Part shown: positions 53,961-62,144 of the stretch, in pieces
How positions within the stretch are numbered: position 1 is the stretch's first letter
How the letters are laid out: each line of letters opens with the position of its first letter
Source of the DNA: a candidate division WOR-3 bacterium
GTDB taxonomy: Bacteria > Hydrothermota > Tepidihabitantia > SM23-42
Direction of reading: 5' to 3'
NCBI GenBank assembly: GCA_020343455.1
Contig: CP070795.1
Coordinates: 1,338,756-1,400,899, forward strand
Length of the DNA: 62,144 bases
Notes under the pieces: model-generated
Databases searched by the model: none
What the model was told of the DNA's origin: nothing
Seen by the model: only the letters and a program-made list of their open reading frames with translations
Made by a program: the position numbers and the translations under genes

Positions 53961-54716
53961 TCACAGCGTGTATGAAACGGTCACAAAGAAATAGTGATTC
54001 GTGTCTGTCAGGCTTCCTCCATCGTACGCCGTCTCAAGAACATATTGCGGCGAGATGGTTATCCTTAGTGTCATCTTATATGCACATCCTAAGTACAGCC
54101 GATTCAGCCTGAAACCTTGGGGCCAAAAGCCTGCTGCACTGGGTGGCGCATCACTGTCTTCGATGGCGCCGAAGAACGGTTCGTCGGCAATGATCAGATT
54201 CATGCGCGTGTTCACGCTGTAAGACAGCTGGAGGAGCTGCCGGATGACCATCGAGTATCCATTGCGCATTTCGGGTGATTCATAGACACTCGCGTAGAGA
54301 GTGTTGTGGAAGATCGTCCTGCTGGTGAGCGTGAATCTGCCCAGTCGGTAATTGAGGATCGGTAGGAACTCGATGTTATGAGAGTAGAAATAATCGTCCG
54401 GGGTAGGGAAGCCCATGTAGTAGTACCAGATCGGCAGTTTGAGCGTGAGTGCGCCGGTTGTCAATGTGTAGACAGGGCCAATGAAGAATTCGTAGAAATA
54501 GACGCCTTTGGGCGACAACGTCGAGGGGTCATCACTTCTCGCGAATTCGTAGCGTAACCCAGGCATGGCGACAATTGCCCAGTTCGGGCTGTGGACCGAT
54601 GTCAGATTGAGGTATGACCAGAATCGACCGGTCGTTGCGCCATTTCCGGCGTGTGGCTGGATGAATACCATGACGAAAAGAAATGATACTATGCGGAAGA
54701 GATCCGTCTTCTTCAC
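53961..54716 (-). CDS. Hypothetical secreted beta-rich protein, possibly an outer-membrane barrel
   Basis: After the GTG at 54716 the signal-like N-terminus is KKTDLFRIVSFLFVMVFIQPHA. Alternating aromatic beta-strand patterns are present and the protein ends in VSYTL. The ORF-track start would overlap the upstream gene by 125 nt. Confidence 0.45.
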   Translation of the reverse strand: MKKTDLFRIVSFLFVMVFIQPHAGNGATTGRFWSYLNLTSVHSPNWAIVAMPGLRYEFARSDDPSTLSPKGVYFYEFFIGPVYTLTTGALTLKLPIWYYYMGFPTPDDYFYSHNIEFLPILNYRLGRFTLTSRTIFHNTLYASVYESPEMRNGYSMVIRQLLQLSYSVNTRMNLIIADEPFFGAIEDSDAPPSAAGFWPQGFRLNRLYLGCAYKMTLRITISPQYVLETAYDGGSLTDTNHYFFVTVSYTL

Positions 54717-54753
54717 CTGCGCAGTGGTGGCGCAAACTGTTCTCACGCTTTTT

Positions 54754-55236
54754 CTACAATTTATAGCCGATCTTTCTGAGAAAGTCATGGCGTTCCTTAC
54801 GTGCTCGTTCATCTTCGATTCCCTTCGGTGCTGAACCGTCGATGACACCGACCACACCCTTGCCTTGTTCGTCTTCAACGAGGAGGACCTGCACCGGGTT
54901 TGCCGTTGCGCAGAAGATATTGACGACCTCAGGACATGACTTGACCGCGCCGAGTACGTTGATGGGAAAGGCGTTCTTGATGAGGATGATGAAGAAATGA
55001 CCTGCGCCGACCTCCAGTGCGTTCTTGCGCGCGAGTTGGGTCAGCTCGGCGTCGTTTCCTTCGGAGCGTACGAGACAGGGACCCGATGCTTCGCAGAAAG
55101 CGATGCCGAATTTGATGTGTGCCGAGGAATTGACCAGTGCTTCATAGAGATCCTCGGCTGTCTTTATGAAATGGGTCTGTCCGCAGATGATATTGATGCC
55201 GTCAGGCTTCTCGATCTTGATTTTCTTGATTTCCAT
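54754..55236 (-). CDS. Adenosine-specific kinase family protein (COG1839-like)
   Basis: Motifs present are [50 protein letters not shown] and FLRKIGYK. Confidence 0.7.
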   Translation of the reverse strand: MEIKKIKIEKPDGINIICGQTHFIKTAEDLYEALVNSSAHIKFGIAFCEASGPCLVRSEGNDAELTQLARKNALEVGAGHFFIILIKNAFPINVLGAVKSCPEVVNIFCATANPVQVLLVEDEQGKGVVGVIDGSAPKGIEDERARKERHDFLRKIGYKL

Positions 55237-55261
55237 AACACCTCCAACTGGGATTTCAAAA

Positions 55262-56128
55262 TCAGTAACCCAGTTCCTTGAGAAAGCGTTTATTCTTTCT
55301 CCATTTTTTCTTCACCTTCACCCATAATTCGAGGTAAACAGATCGCCCGAGGAATTTTTCGATTTCCTGACGTGCTCGCTCACCCACTACTTTCAGGGCG
55401 GCACCGTGCTTGCCGATCAGTATTGCCTTCTGGGATGGCCGTTCCACGTAGACGGTGGCGCGAATGTAATCCTTGCTCTTCTCGCGCTCCTTGAATTCGT
55501 CGATGACAACGCAGGTGGCGTAAGGTACTTCCTCCTTGAAGGTTTCGAAGATCTTTTCGCGTATCAAATCAGCGGCAAAGAATCGTTCGGGTGCGTCTGA
55601 TAGTTGTTCCGGATGGAAGTAGAATTCGCCGTCCGGAATATGCGTGAAAATCACGCGCTTCAGTTCTTCGATACCGGTGCCTTTGAGCGCGGATACGGGA
55701 ACGACGTCGGCGAACCGCCCTTTACCGAGGCGCTCGATCAGTGGCAGCAAGTCCGTCTTTTCGATGAGGTCGATCTTGTTGATGACAATGACAACCGGGG
55801 CGTCACCCGCGATCTGGATGAACTCGTCGAATGTACGATCCTCCCTGAACCAGGGTTCGATCATCAGGAGCAATAGATCGGAATCTTCAACCGCTATCTT
55901 TATTTGCTTCACCATCTGTTCCTGTAATTCGTATCCCGGGCTGATTATCCCTGGCGTATCGATGAAACAGATCTGGCATTCATTCTCGGTAAGAATACCG
56001 AGGATGCGGCTCCTTGTCGTCTGGGGTTTTGCGGTCACAGCAGATATTTTGGTACCGAGTAGGCTATTGAGCAGCGTGGACTTTCCTACGTTCGGTCGGC
56101 CGATGATGGCGACATAACCGGCTTTCAT
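55262..56128 (-). CDS. era: GTPase Era
   Basis: G1 is [10 protein letters not shown]3 is DTPG and G4 is NKID. A C-terminal KH domain is present. Confidence 0.9.
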   Translation of the reverse strand: MKAGYVAIIGRPNVGKSTLLNSLLGTKISAVTAKPQTTRSRILGILTENECQICFIDTPGIISPGYELQEQMVKQIKIAVEDSDLLLLMIEPWFREDRTFDEFIQIAGDAPVVIVINKIDLIEKTDLLPLIERLGKGRFADVVPVSALKGTGIEELKRVIFTHIPDGEFYFHPEQLSDAPERFFAADLIREKIFETFKEEVPYATCVVIDEFKEREKSKDYIRATVYVERPSQKAILIGKHGAALKVVGERARQEIEKFLGRSVYLELWVKVKKKWRKNKRFLKELGY

Positions 56129-56161
56129 TGCTGCTATCCGCTGGGATATTTTCTTACAGCA

Positions 56162-56199
56162 ACACGCCAGGAGGGCGGAATTTGCCCATCCTGGCGTGT
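56162..56199. other. Perfect 11-bp stem-loop in the intergenic space upstream of era
   Basis: ACACGCCAGGA and TCCTGGCGTGT are separated by a 16-nt loop. No T-tract follows on the transcribed (minus) strand. Confidence 0.5.
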
Positions 56200-56218
56200 C
56201 TGCAATTCGTCCTTTATG

Positions 56219-57424
56219 CTACTTTGACCTCTTGGTTCTCTTTCTGGTTCGTTTCGGCTTCTTTGTGGCCGGCTTCTTTGCAGGTTCCGGTTTCATTTCC
56301 TCTACTTTCTTTTCCTCCTCGAAAGGCTCTTCTTTTATTTCGAGAAGATTCTTGTCGTCCTTCTTCTTGACTAGAACTGTGAATATTACAGTATTGCCAG
56401 CCCACAGAATCGCGACACCGAGGGATTTAACGAACAATACAATGAAGTAATATACGATACCAAGAATGAAAGAAGTAATGGCTCCAGACCAGGTTTCATA
56501 AGCGGGCAGGTAATTGGGTGGGTAGAGCAGATTGGTCATGCGTATCGATTCAAGATAGCCGCTGAAGAGATTATGCCATGATTCCGGAAATAACGGCGGA
56601 ACCGTTATCTTCACGTAATAGGCAGCGTTTATCAAGAGATTATCCAGTTTCTCAGGTGAGATGATTAGTCCGATCACATCTTGTCCAAGGAAGATCGCCT
56701 TTGCTGAGAAGAAACCCAGGAGCCCTACGCCAATTAGAACGACAAAGATGAGCAGTATCTCGTACACCACGAACCGCCATGGCTGGTCATTGACTACTGA
56801 GAACGATTCGAATAGCGTGTCAAAGGTGTCATTGCCCGTTTCTCCCACAATCGAAGGCCCGATGATGAGCGACACGATGGTGACGATGGCAAGGTAGAGG
56901 ATGAAAAGGCATACCGCGAATGCGAGTATTGACATGACGGCAAAGAACAGCTGCCCAAAATACGGGACCCACGTGATGAGGGCGAGGATGAAGCCCATGA
57001 TGATAAGGGCAAGCATGAACAGCGTCAGTACGACCGGTGCGAGGATAGCCGATTTACCGCGCTTTAGAGCGAATTTTATCGCTTCCTTTATTTCGAAGAA
57101 TTCGTCACCCTTGAGTTGCTCGTAAGTCACTTTCGAGATCGCAACACCGCTGATCAGAGAAACGAAGAGATACCATAGGAAGGCTATGATCCAAATTATC
57201 CAGGAAAACCAAGGGAGTCCGGTCGGATACATCGGCACGAGGCGGTAGATTTCCCATATTTCGCTGATCTCAATGCCGCCGGTAATATGGGCAAGATACG
57301 ACAATATGCCATATCCGATATGAGCAATGAGAAGACCAAGAAAGGCCAGCCAGATTTTCTTTGCGCTGAAACCTAGTCTTCCGGCTCTGAAGACATCTTT
57401 GTAATTAAAATGTAAATTAGTCAC
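56219..57424 (-). CDS. Polytopic membrane protein with a Lys/Arg-rich C-terminal tail
   Basis: About 8 TM helices are present. The tail is EEEKKVEEMKPEPAKKPATKKPKRTRKRTKRSK. The start was set at GTG 57424, 5 nt after AAGGAGG. Confidence 0.55.
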   Translation of the reverse strand: MTNLHFNYKDVFRAGRLGFSAKKIWLAFLGLLIAHIGYGILSYLAHITGGIEISEIWEIYRLVPMYPTGLPWFSWIIWIIAFLWYLFVSLISGVAISKVTYEQLKGDEFFEIKEAIKFALKRGKSAILAPVVLTLFMLALIIMGFILALITWVPYFGQLFFAVMSILAFAVCLFILYLAIVTIVSLIIGPSIVGETGNDTFDTLFESFSVVNDQPWRFVVYEILLIFVVLIGVGLLGFFSAKAIFLGQDVIGLIISPEKLDNLLINAAYYVKITVPPLFPESWHNLFSGYLESIRMTNLLYPPNYLPAYETWSGAITSFILGIVYYFIVLFVKSLGVAILWAGNTVIFTVLVKKKDDKNLLEIKEEPFEEEKKVEEMKPEPAKKPATKKPKRTRKRTKRSK

Positions 57425-57446
57425 CTCACCTCCTTGATTTGTTTGT

Positions 57447-57474
57447 ATTATAACCAACACTGCTATGTTGTCAA
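57447..57474 (-). promoter_or_regulatory. Consensus sigma70 promoter of the membrane protein/era operon
   Basis: On the minus strand, TTGACA (57474-57469), a 16-nt spacer and TATAAT (57452-57447). Confidence 0.65.
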
Positions 57475-57565
57475 TACCTTTGGGTCGAAAACTCAACAGA
57501 TGTAGTCGTGGTACGGAAACAAGCGCGGTATGCTGATTCCGGGTCGTTATGAATTCATGCCATGG

Positions 57566-57593
57566 TTGACATCGGTTAGGATTTTAGTATAAT
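57566..57593 (+). promoter_or_regulatory. Consensus sigma70 promoter of tatA
   Basis: TTGACA (57566-57571), a 16-nt spacer and TATAAT (57588-57593). An 18-nt leader contains GAGAGG. Confidence 0.65.
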
Positions 57594-57611
57594 TTTTTGA
57601 GAGAGGTAATC

Positions 57612-57806
57612 ATGAACATTGGCTGGCAGGAAATTCTACTCATCTTACTCATTGCTTTGCTACTGTTCGGGGCGAAGAAGATTCCTGACCTTGCGCGCGG
57701 CTTGGGCAAGGGCATTAGAGAGTTCAAGAAGGGTCTGAGTGAGATCGACAAACCTATAGAACCGGATAAGGACGAGGCCAAAGAAGCAAAAAGCTCCAAG
57801 GAATAG
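57612..57806 (+). CDS. tatA: Twin-arginine translocase subunit TatA/E
   Basis: [41 protein letters not shown] is the canonical TatA TM helix plus amphipathic helix. Confidence 0.85.
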   Translation: MNIGWQEILLILLIALLLFGAKKIPDLARGLGKGIREFKKGLSEIDKPIEPDKDEAKEAKSSKE

Positions 57807-57843
57807 GTTTCCTCCGGTGCCCCCAACTGCAAAACAGTATTAT

Positions 57844-57932
57844 GGAGAGGTGTCCGAGCGGCCCAAGGAGCACGACTGGAAATCGTGTATCCGCCGAGAG
57901 GCGGATCGCGGGTTCAAATCCCGCCCTCTCCG
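57844..57932 (+). tRNA. tRNA-Ser (anticodon GGA)
   Basis: The acceptor stem pairs GGAGAGG with CCTCTCC. The anticodon stem pairs CACGA with TCGTG around the loop CTGGAAA. A long variable arm (CCGCC...GGCGG) and the T-arm GCGGGTTCAAATCCCGC are present. CCA is not encoded. Confidence 0.9.
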
Positions 57933-57977
57933 GAGTGAGATATACGGAAATCTTTAACGATAGGAGAAAGGAGAGCT

Positions 57978-58706
57978 ATGTATTATAACGGTGCAAGGAT
58001 ATTCCTCATTTCTTTTCTCGTTTCACTTTTCACATCGGCTATTGTCTGTGCACTGTTTTTCTTTGTGCTTCCCATTGCGAGGGGGGGCGCCGACACGGTC
58101 GTTCCCGACCTAATCGGCTCCAATCAGGAGCAGGCCCGCGTTATCGCGGAATCACGTGATCTGCTTTTCGTCGTCGGTGGCGAAGAGGAGAATGAGGAAG
58201 TTCCGGCAAATATGATAGCAAGGCAAACGCCGTTGCCCGGGTCAGTGGTAAAGAGCAAGACGGCGATCACCGTGTTCCTGTCTAAAGGTTCCAGCCTTAT
58301 CGTCGTGCCGGATCTACGGAACGAAGGTCTGAGCGAAGCAACGGTGAAGTTGACTGAGCTGGGACTGAACATAGGTGAGGTGAAGAGCGAGGAAAGCAGT
58401 GAAGTCGGAAAGGACAAGATCATCTCGACAATACCGAGTGCTGGGACACGGATCGAGCGCGGTGAGAAGATAGCCATCGTGCTCAGCCGCGGAGTTCAAA
58501 CAGCGGAGGTTCCAAGGCTCATTGGCAAGTCGTTCTCATCTGCCAAGCGGCTCATCGAGAACGGAGGTTTCGTTGTCGGTAATGTCCGGTATGAAGTCAG
58601 CACCGAGTTCAATGTCGGCATAGTAATGGGTCAAAACCCTGCGCCGGGGAGGCAAGCATTACGGGGGTCGGCGATCGACGTAGTCGTGGCAACAGTACTC
58701 GAATGA
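57978..58706 (+). CDS. Membrane-anchored PASTA-repeat protein (three PASTA domains, no kinase or PBP domain)
   Basis: An N-terminal TM helix is followed by three repeats of about 65 aa, starting VPDLIGSNQEQA, VPDLRNEGLSEA and VPRLIGKSFSSA. Confidence 0.7.
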   Translation: MYYNGARIFLISFLVSLFTSAIVCALFFFVLPIARGGADTVVPDLIGSNQEQARVIAESRDLLFVVGGEEENEEVPANMIARQTPLPGSVVKSKTAITVFLSKGSSLIVVPDLRNEGLSEATVKLTELGLNIGEVKSEESSEVGKDKIISTIPSAGTRIERGEKIAIVLSRGVQTAEVPRLIGKSFSSAKRLIENGGFVVGNVRYEVSTEFNVGIVMGQNPAPGRQALRGSAIDVVVATVLE

Positions 58707-59407
58707 GAAGAATTCTGATCTATTCGGCGATAGTCGTTGCGTTCTTCGTCGCTGGTATCCTCATGGCCAACTTCCTGATCATGCCCTTGCTGGTCGGGAG
58801 GGGTGAAGAAGTTATTGTCCCGAATGTGTGTAACGTGCATCTGGATAGTGCCATTGTGGAATTGAAAAACGTCGGTCTTGAGGGAGTGGTCGTAGAGCGC
58901 CGTTTCGACCGGATAATCGAAGAAGGCAATGTGATCATCCAAGAACCACTACCTGATGCTCGAGCCAAGAAAGGCCGGATCGTAAATCTCACCGTAAGTC
59001 TCGGTGCCGAAACGATCAGTGTACCTTATCTTTCCGGAATCAGCTACGAACAGGGTTTGTCGATCATCAGGAGAATCGGCCTCGTGGTGACGAGGGTCGA
59101 TTCGGTCTTCTCAGATTCAATAGAGCCCGGGAAGATCATCGGCACGGTCCCTGAAGCTGAAACGGCCGTGAAGAAAGGCGACGGTTTGATACTAATCCTC
59201 AGCAAGGGATTGATCAGAAGAATGCCAAACGTTGTAGGCCAGCAGCTGAGCCAAGCTCAATTGATTCTGGAGAGAATGGGGCTGGTCATCGGTACGATCG
59301 AGGAGGTTCAGGGGAGCGGCAGGAAAGGAACGGTCATCCTTCAAAACCCAGAGCCGGGGCGGATAGTGAACGTCGGGGATACAGCCACCGTGATGGTCAT
59401 TAAGTGA
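58703..59407 (+). CDS. Membrane-anchored PASTA-repeat protein, second copy
   Basis: An N-terminal TM helix is followed by three repeats starting VPNVCNVHLDSA, VPYLSGISYEQG and MPNVVGQQLSQA. The start overlaps the upstream stop codon as ATGA. Confidence 0.7.
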   Translation: MRRILIYSAIVVAFFVAGILMANFLIMPLLVGRGEEVIVPNVCNVHLDSAIVELKNVGLEGVVVERRFDRIIEEGNVIIQEPLPDARAKKGRIVNLTVSLGAETISVPYLSGISYEQGLSIIRRIGLVVTRVDSVFSDSIEPGKIIGTVPEAETAVKKGDGLILILSKGLIRRMPNVVGQQLSQAQLILERMGLVIGTIEEVQGSGRKGTVILQNPEPGRIVNVGDTATVMVIK

Positions 59408-60054
59408 AGGTCGCTCCGTCGATAATTGCCGCAAACTTCAGTCAGTACCAGAGAGAACTCAAGGCGGTCGAGACGGCCGGGGCAGATTTGCTCCATCTCG
59501 ATGTTATGGACGGTGTGTTCGTTCCTAACATCACATTCGGCCCGATGATCGTTGAGGCGATCAAGGAACTGACAAAGCTTGAACTCGACGCGCACCTCAT
59601 GATTACACATCCTGAGAAATACCTCAAACAGTTCATCGACGCGGGTTCAGGCTGGTTGTCTTTTCACTGCGAAGCAACGCAAAATCCTTCCCGCTGCATA
59701 GATTACATGCATGAAAGAAGTGTTAAGGCTGGTTTGGCGATCAATCCCGATACACCATTCGATACAGTAGCGGAATTCATGGACAGGATAGACTATTTAC
59801 TGATAATGACGGTCAATCCTGGCTTTTACGGACAGAAGTTCATTGCCGGGGTCCTTCCGAAGATCGAGGAGGCAAAGAACTACATCAGCAGACAGAAGAT
59901 TGACTGTCTGGTTGAGGTGGATGGCGGCATCAACGCCGAAAATGCCGCTCGGGTCTGCAGTGCTGGTGCCGACATTATCGTTGCAGGCGCCGGCATATTC
60001 AAGGCGAAAGATTACCGGAGGGCGATAGCGGAGCTGAGATGTTCGAGGGGCTGA
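59404..60054 (+). CDS. rpe: Ribulose-phosphate 3-epimerase
   Basis: Motifs present are APSIIAANF, HLDVMDGVFVPNITFG, MTVNPGF and VDGGI. Confidence 0.9.
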   Translation: MKVAPSIIAANFSQYQRELKAVETAGADLLHLDVMDGVFVPNITFGPMIVEAIKELTKLELDAHLMITHPEKYLKQFIDAGSGWLSFHCEATQNPSRCIDYMHERSVKAGLAINPDTPFDTVAEFMDRIDYLLIMTVNPGFYGQKFIAGVLPKIEEAKNYISRQKIDCLVEVDGGINAENAARVCSAGADIIVAGAGIFKAKDYRRAIAELRCSRG

Positions 60055-61340
60055 TCGACCGCTTTGCGCTCATCAAGAGAAAAATCCTTGGATACGGCAG
60101 GATTACCAGCCAGGAATTGCAAAGTATCAATAAAGAAATAAAAATCTCGCTGCTCGAAGCCGACGTCAATTATCTGGTAGTGAAGAATTTCATGGACGGT
60201 CTCGAGGAGAAGACAAAGACCCTCGAGCTCTCCAGGAGTCTGAAACCGGGTGATCTGGTCATCAGGGCGGTGTTTGAAGAATTGGTGGAGCTGTTGGGAT
60301 CCGAAACGAGGTCTATTGACTTCAGGGGTGATACCTGCAGCGTCCTTAGTTTGATCGGACTCCAGGGTGTGGGTAAAACCACCACCGCGGCCAAACTGGC
60401 CCAGAAATTCCATGATCGTAACCCTTTGCTCGTTCCAGCCGACACCAAGAGGCCAGCCGCGGTCCAGCAACTGCAGATGCTTGCCGATCGTGCAAAGACT
60501 CCGATGGTTCCACTTGAAGAAGGCGGTGCCGTGGCGACCGTCAAGAAGGCAAAACAGCTGGCCAGGGACAAAGGGTATGGCTTGATCATCATCGATACAG
60601 CAGGGCGACTCCATATCGACGATGAACTCATTGAAGAACTCGAGGAGATCCACCGTGCGCTCAAACCCGACTACAGACTATTGATAGCCGACGGGATGAG
60701 CGGTCAGGATGCGGTCAATCAGGCGAGTCGATTCAACGAAAAGATTGGTCTCGACGGTGCGATCCTGACCAAAATGGACGGCGATGCCCGCGGCGGTGCG
60801 GCGCTTTCCATAAAAAGCGCGACTGATGTGCCCCTGTATTTCATCGGCACCAGCGAGAAACTGGACGGGCTCGAAACGTTCCACCCGGATCGCATGGCAC
60901 AGCGTATTCTCGGGATGGGAGATGTTGTCAGCCTCGTCGAAAAGATCAAGGCTGTGGAAGGTGAAATCGACCAGGAAAGAATACAGAAGAAGGTTCTCAA
61001 GGGTGATTTGAACTTGGAAGATTTTCTCGAGCAGTTGAAAGCAGTGAAAAAATTGGGCTCGCTGTCAAAGCTCGCGGCAATGATCCCGGGAGTAAAAGCG
61101 ACCGATATTGATGAGGGACAGTTCAAGAAAATGGAGGCGATGATCAACTCCATGACGCGGCGCGAAAGGTTGCATCCCGAGATCATCGACGGTTCGCGAA
61201 AGAGAAGGATAGCAGCCGGCAGCGGCACGACCATCGCCGATGTCAATCGGATGCTCAAAGAATTCTCCTATGCGCGGGACATGTTGAAGAAGTTCGGCAG
61301 GGACATGCCGATGAAGATGCCTTTCAAGATTCCAAAATGA
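60039..61340 (+). CDS. ffh: Signal recognition particle protein Ffh
   Basis: The N domain is followed by the G domain motifs GLQGVGKTTT, DTAGR and TKMDGD. A Met-rich M domain follows. Confidence 0.9.
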   Translation: MFEGLIDRFALIKRKILGYGRITSQELQSINKEIKISLLEADVNYLVVKNFMDGLEEKTKTLELSRSLKPGDLVIRAVFEELVELLGSETRSIDFRGDTCSVLSLIGLQGVGKTTTAAKLAQKFHDRNPLLVPADTKRPAAVQQLQMLADRAKTPMVPLEEGGAVATVKKAKQLARDKGYGLIIIDTAGRLHIDDELIEELEEIHRALKPDYRLLIADGMSGQDAVNQASRFNEKIGLDGAILTKMDGDARGGAALSIKSATDVPLYFIGTSEKLDGLETFHPDRMAQRILGMGDVVSLVEKIKAVEGEIDQERIQKKVLKGDLNLEDFLEQLKAVKKLGSLSKLAAMIPGVKATDIDEGQFKKMEAMINSMTRRERLHPEIIDGSRKRRIAAGSGTTIADVNRMLKEFSYARDMLKKFGRDMPMKMPFKIPK

Positions 61341-61344
61341 GAAA

Positions 61345-61370
61345 GGGGAGCAAAGCTCCCCTTTTCTTTT
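61345..61370. terminator. Bidirectional intrinsic terminator
   Basis: GGGGAGC-aaa-GCTCCCC is followed by TTTTCTTTT. An A-tract upstream serves the convergent gene. Confidence 0.75.
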
Positions 61371-61388
61371 GCGCCTTCTAGGAAGCAG

Positions 61389-62144
61389 TTACTGACTGAT
61401 CATATATGGCAATAACCATCCGTGGAAATCATAGGGCTGGTCCGGTGTGTAGAGTGTCGAGTGTGACATTAGGTCGAAAATCGCAAAGCGGGGGATTGCC
61501 ACGAGTTGTGCATTCCATGTGCCCTGGTATACGCCGTTGCCCTCATTGCTGAAAGGTAGGCGCACGTAGTACGGAAAGGCGAGTATGAACGTGTGGAGGA
61601 AGGCATGACCATCCGCGACATTGGTGTAGAGCGTCAGTGTGACCGGTTCTCCAGGTTGAAAGGTTATGAGGCTGTCGATATTGAAGTAGGTATTCAACGG
61701 GTCGATTATCAGGAGGTCGACGGCCTCGGTCACGGTCGTTATGCGGATACTGTCGATCCTGACCGTGAAGACATCGTCTGACCTTCCTTCGGCAAGTGAA
61801 ATGCTGTTCAGTGCCCAACCACGGTGTTCATCGGTCTCTTCGCCAGTGCGCAGGAATGTCGCGCGGATCATTGCCGTTTCTGATAGATCCTTACTCCAGA
61901 GTACCCATGGCATGGTATCGATCTTTGCCAGAGAGTAGAAATAGCCGAAGTTACCGCGGCTGTATGCTACCCATGCTGAATCTCCGATTATCTGGATGTC
62001 AATGATCGGGTCATCGTGGGTCTGGGCGCTGCGCCACCAGACGACGAGGGTGTCCTCCTCGGCACCAGAGGTCGAATCGACCGTGGTATTGGGATTGAAC
62101 CATACGGTATCGGCAGCGATCAAATCCCGGATCGCATCTTCGTC
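61389..62144 (-). CDS. Hypothetical protein, C-terminal part (5' end lies outside the window)
   Basis: The frame stays open to the window edge. No family was recognised. Confidence 0.45.
   Translation of the reverse strand, partial: DEDAIRDLIAADTVWFNPNTTVDSTSGAEEDTLVVWWRSAQTHDDPIIDIQIIGDSAWVAYSRGNFGYFYSLAKIDTMPWVLWSKDLSETAMIRATFLRTGEETDEHRGWALNSISLAEGRSDDVFTVRIDSIRITTVTEAVDLLIIDPLNTYFNIDSLITFQPGEPVTLTLYTNVADGHAFLHTFILAFPYYVRLPFSNEGNGVYQGTWNAQLVAIPRFAIFDLMSHSTLYTPDQPYDFHGWLLPYMISQ

Noticed and set aside
1-62144. A search for CRISPR arrays, rRNA genes, reverse transcriptase/DGR components, toxin-antitoxin pairs or known defence systems.
   Set aside because: No regularly spaced direct repeats, no rRNA-like sequence, and no RT, Cas, restriction or abortive-infection signatures were recognised in any frame. 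The only tandem or inverted DNA repeats found are those listed.

Overview
This 62-kb chromosomal segment probably comes from an uncultivated LPS-containing diderm. lpxD and lpxC are present, and two large secreted proteins end in T9SS (Por) C-terminal sorting domains, which suggests the FCB group or a related candidate phylum. That lineage assignment is inference only. Coding density is high and most content is housekeeping: pyrK-pyrD-pyrF-pyrE, lpxD-lpxC-ptrB, era, ffh, rpe, tatA, mazG, rsmG, rubrerythrin, a ferredoxin and tRNA-Ser(GGA). The accessory content includes:
- a type IV pilus minor-pilin/PilY1 operon with a divergent orphan histidine kinase
- a 1558-aa FG-GAP/T9SS surface protein
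- two DUF885 paralogues
- a decayed MATE transporter relic
- a larB-larC nickel-pincer cofactor pair, apparently in one transcription unit with an Mth938-like gene, a Memo::AMMECR1 fusion and an ECF sigma/anti-sigma pair
- a RayT/IS200-like HUH (Y1) transposase gene bracketed by perfect 34-bp inverted repeats

The most striking sequence-level pattern is that promoters are very easy to read (TTGAC[A/T/G/C]-N16/17-TAnnnT). At nine start codons the -10 box ends only 5-6 nt upstream of the ATG or GTG. This implies leaderless mRNAs that coexist with classical GGAGG-led genes. No CRISPR array, rRNA gene or recognisable defence system was seen. All product calls rest on motif recognition by eye; no database search was run.
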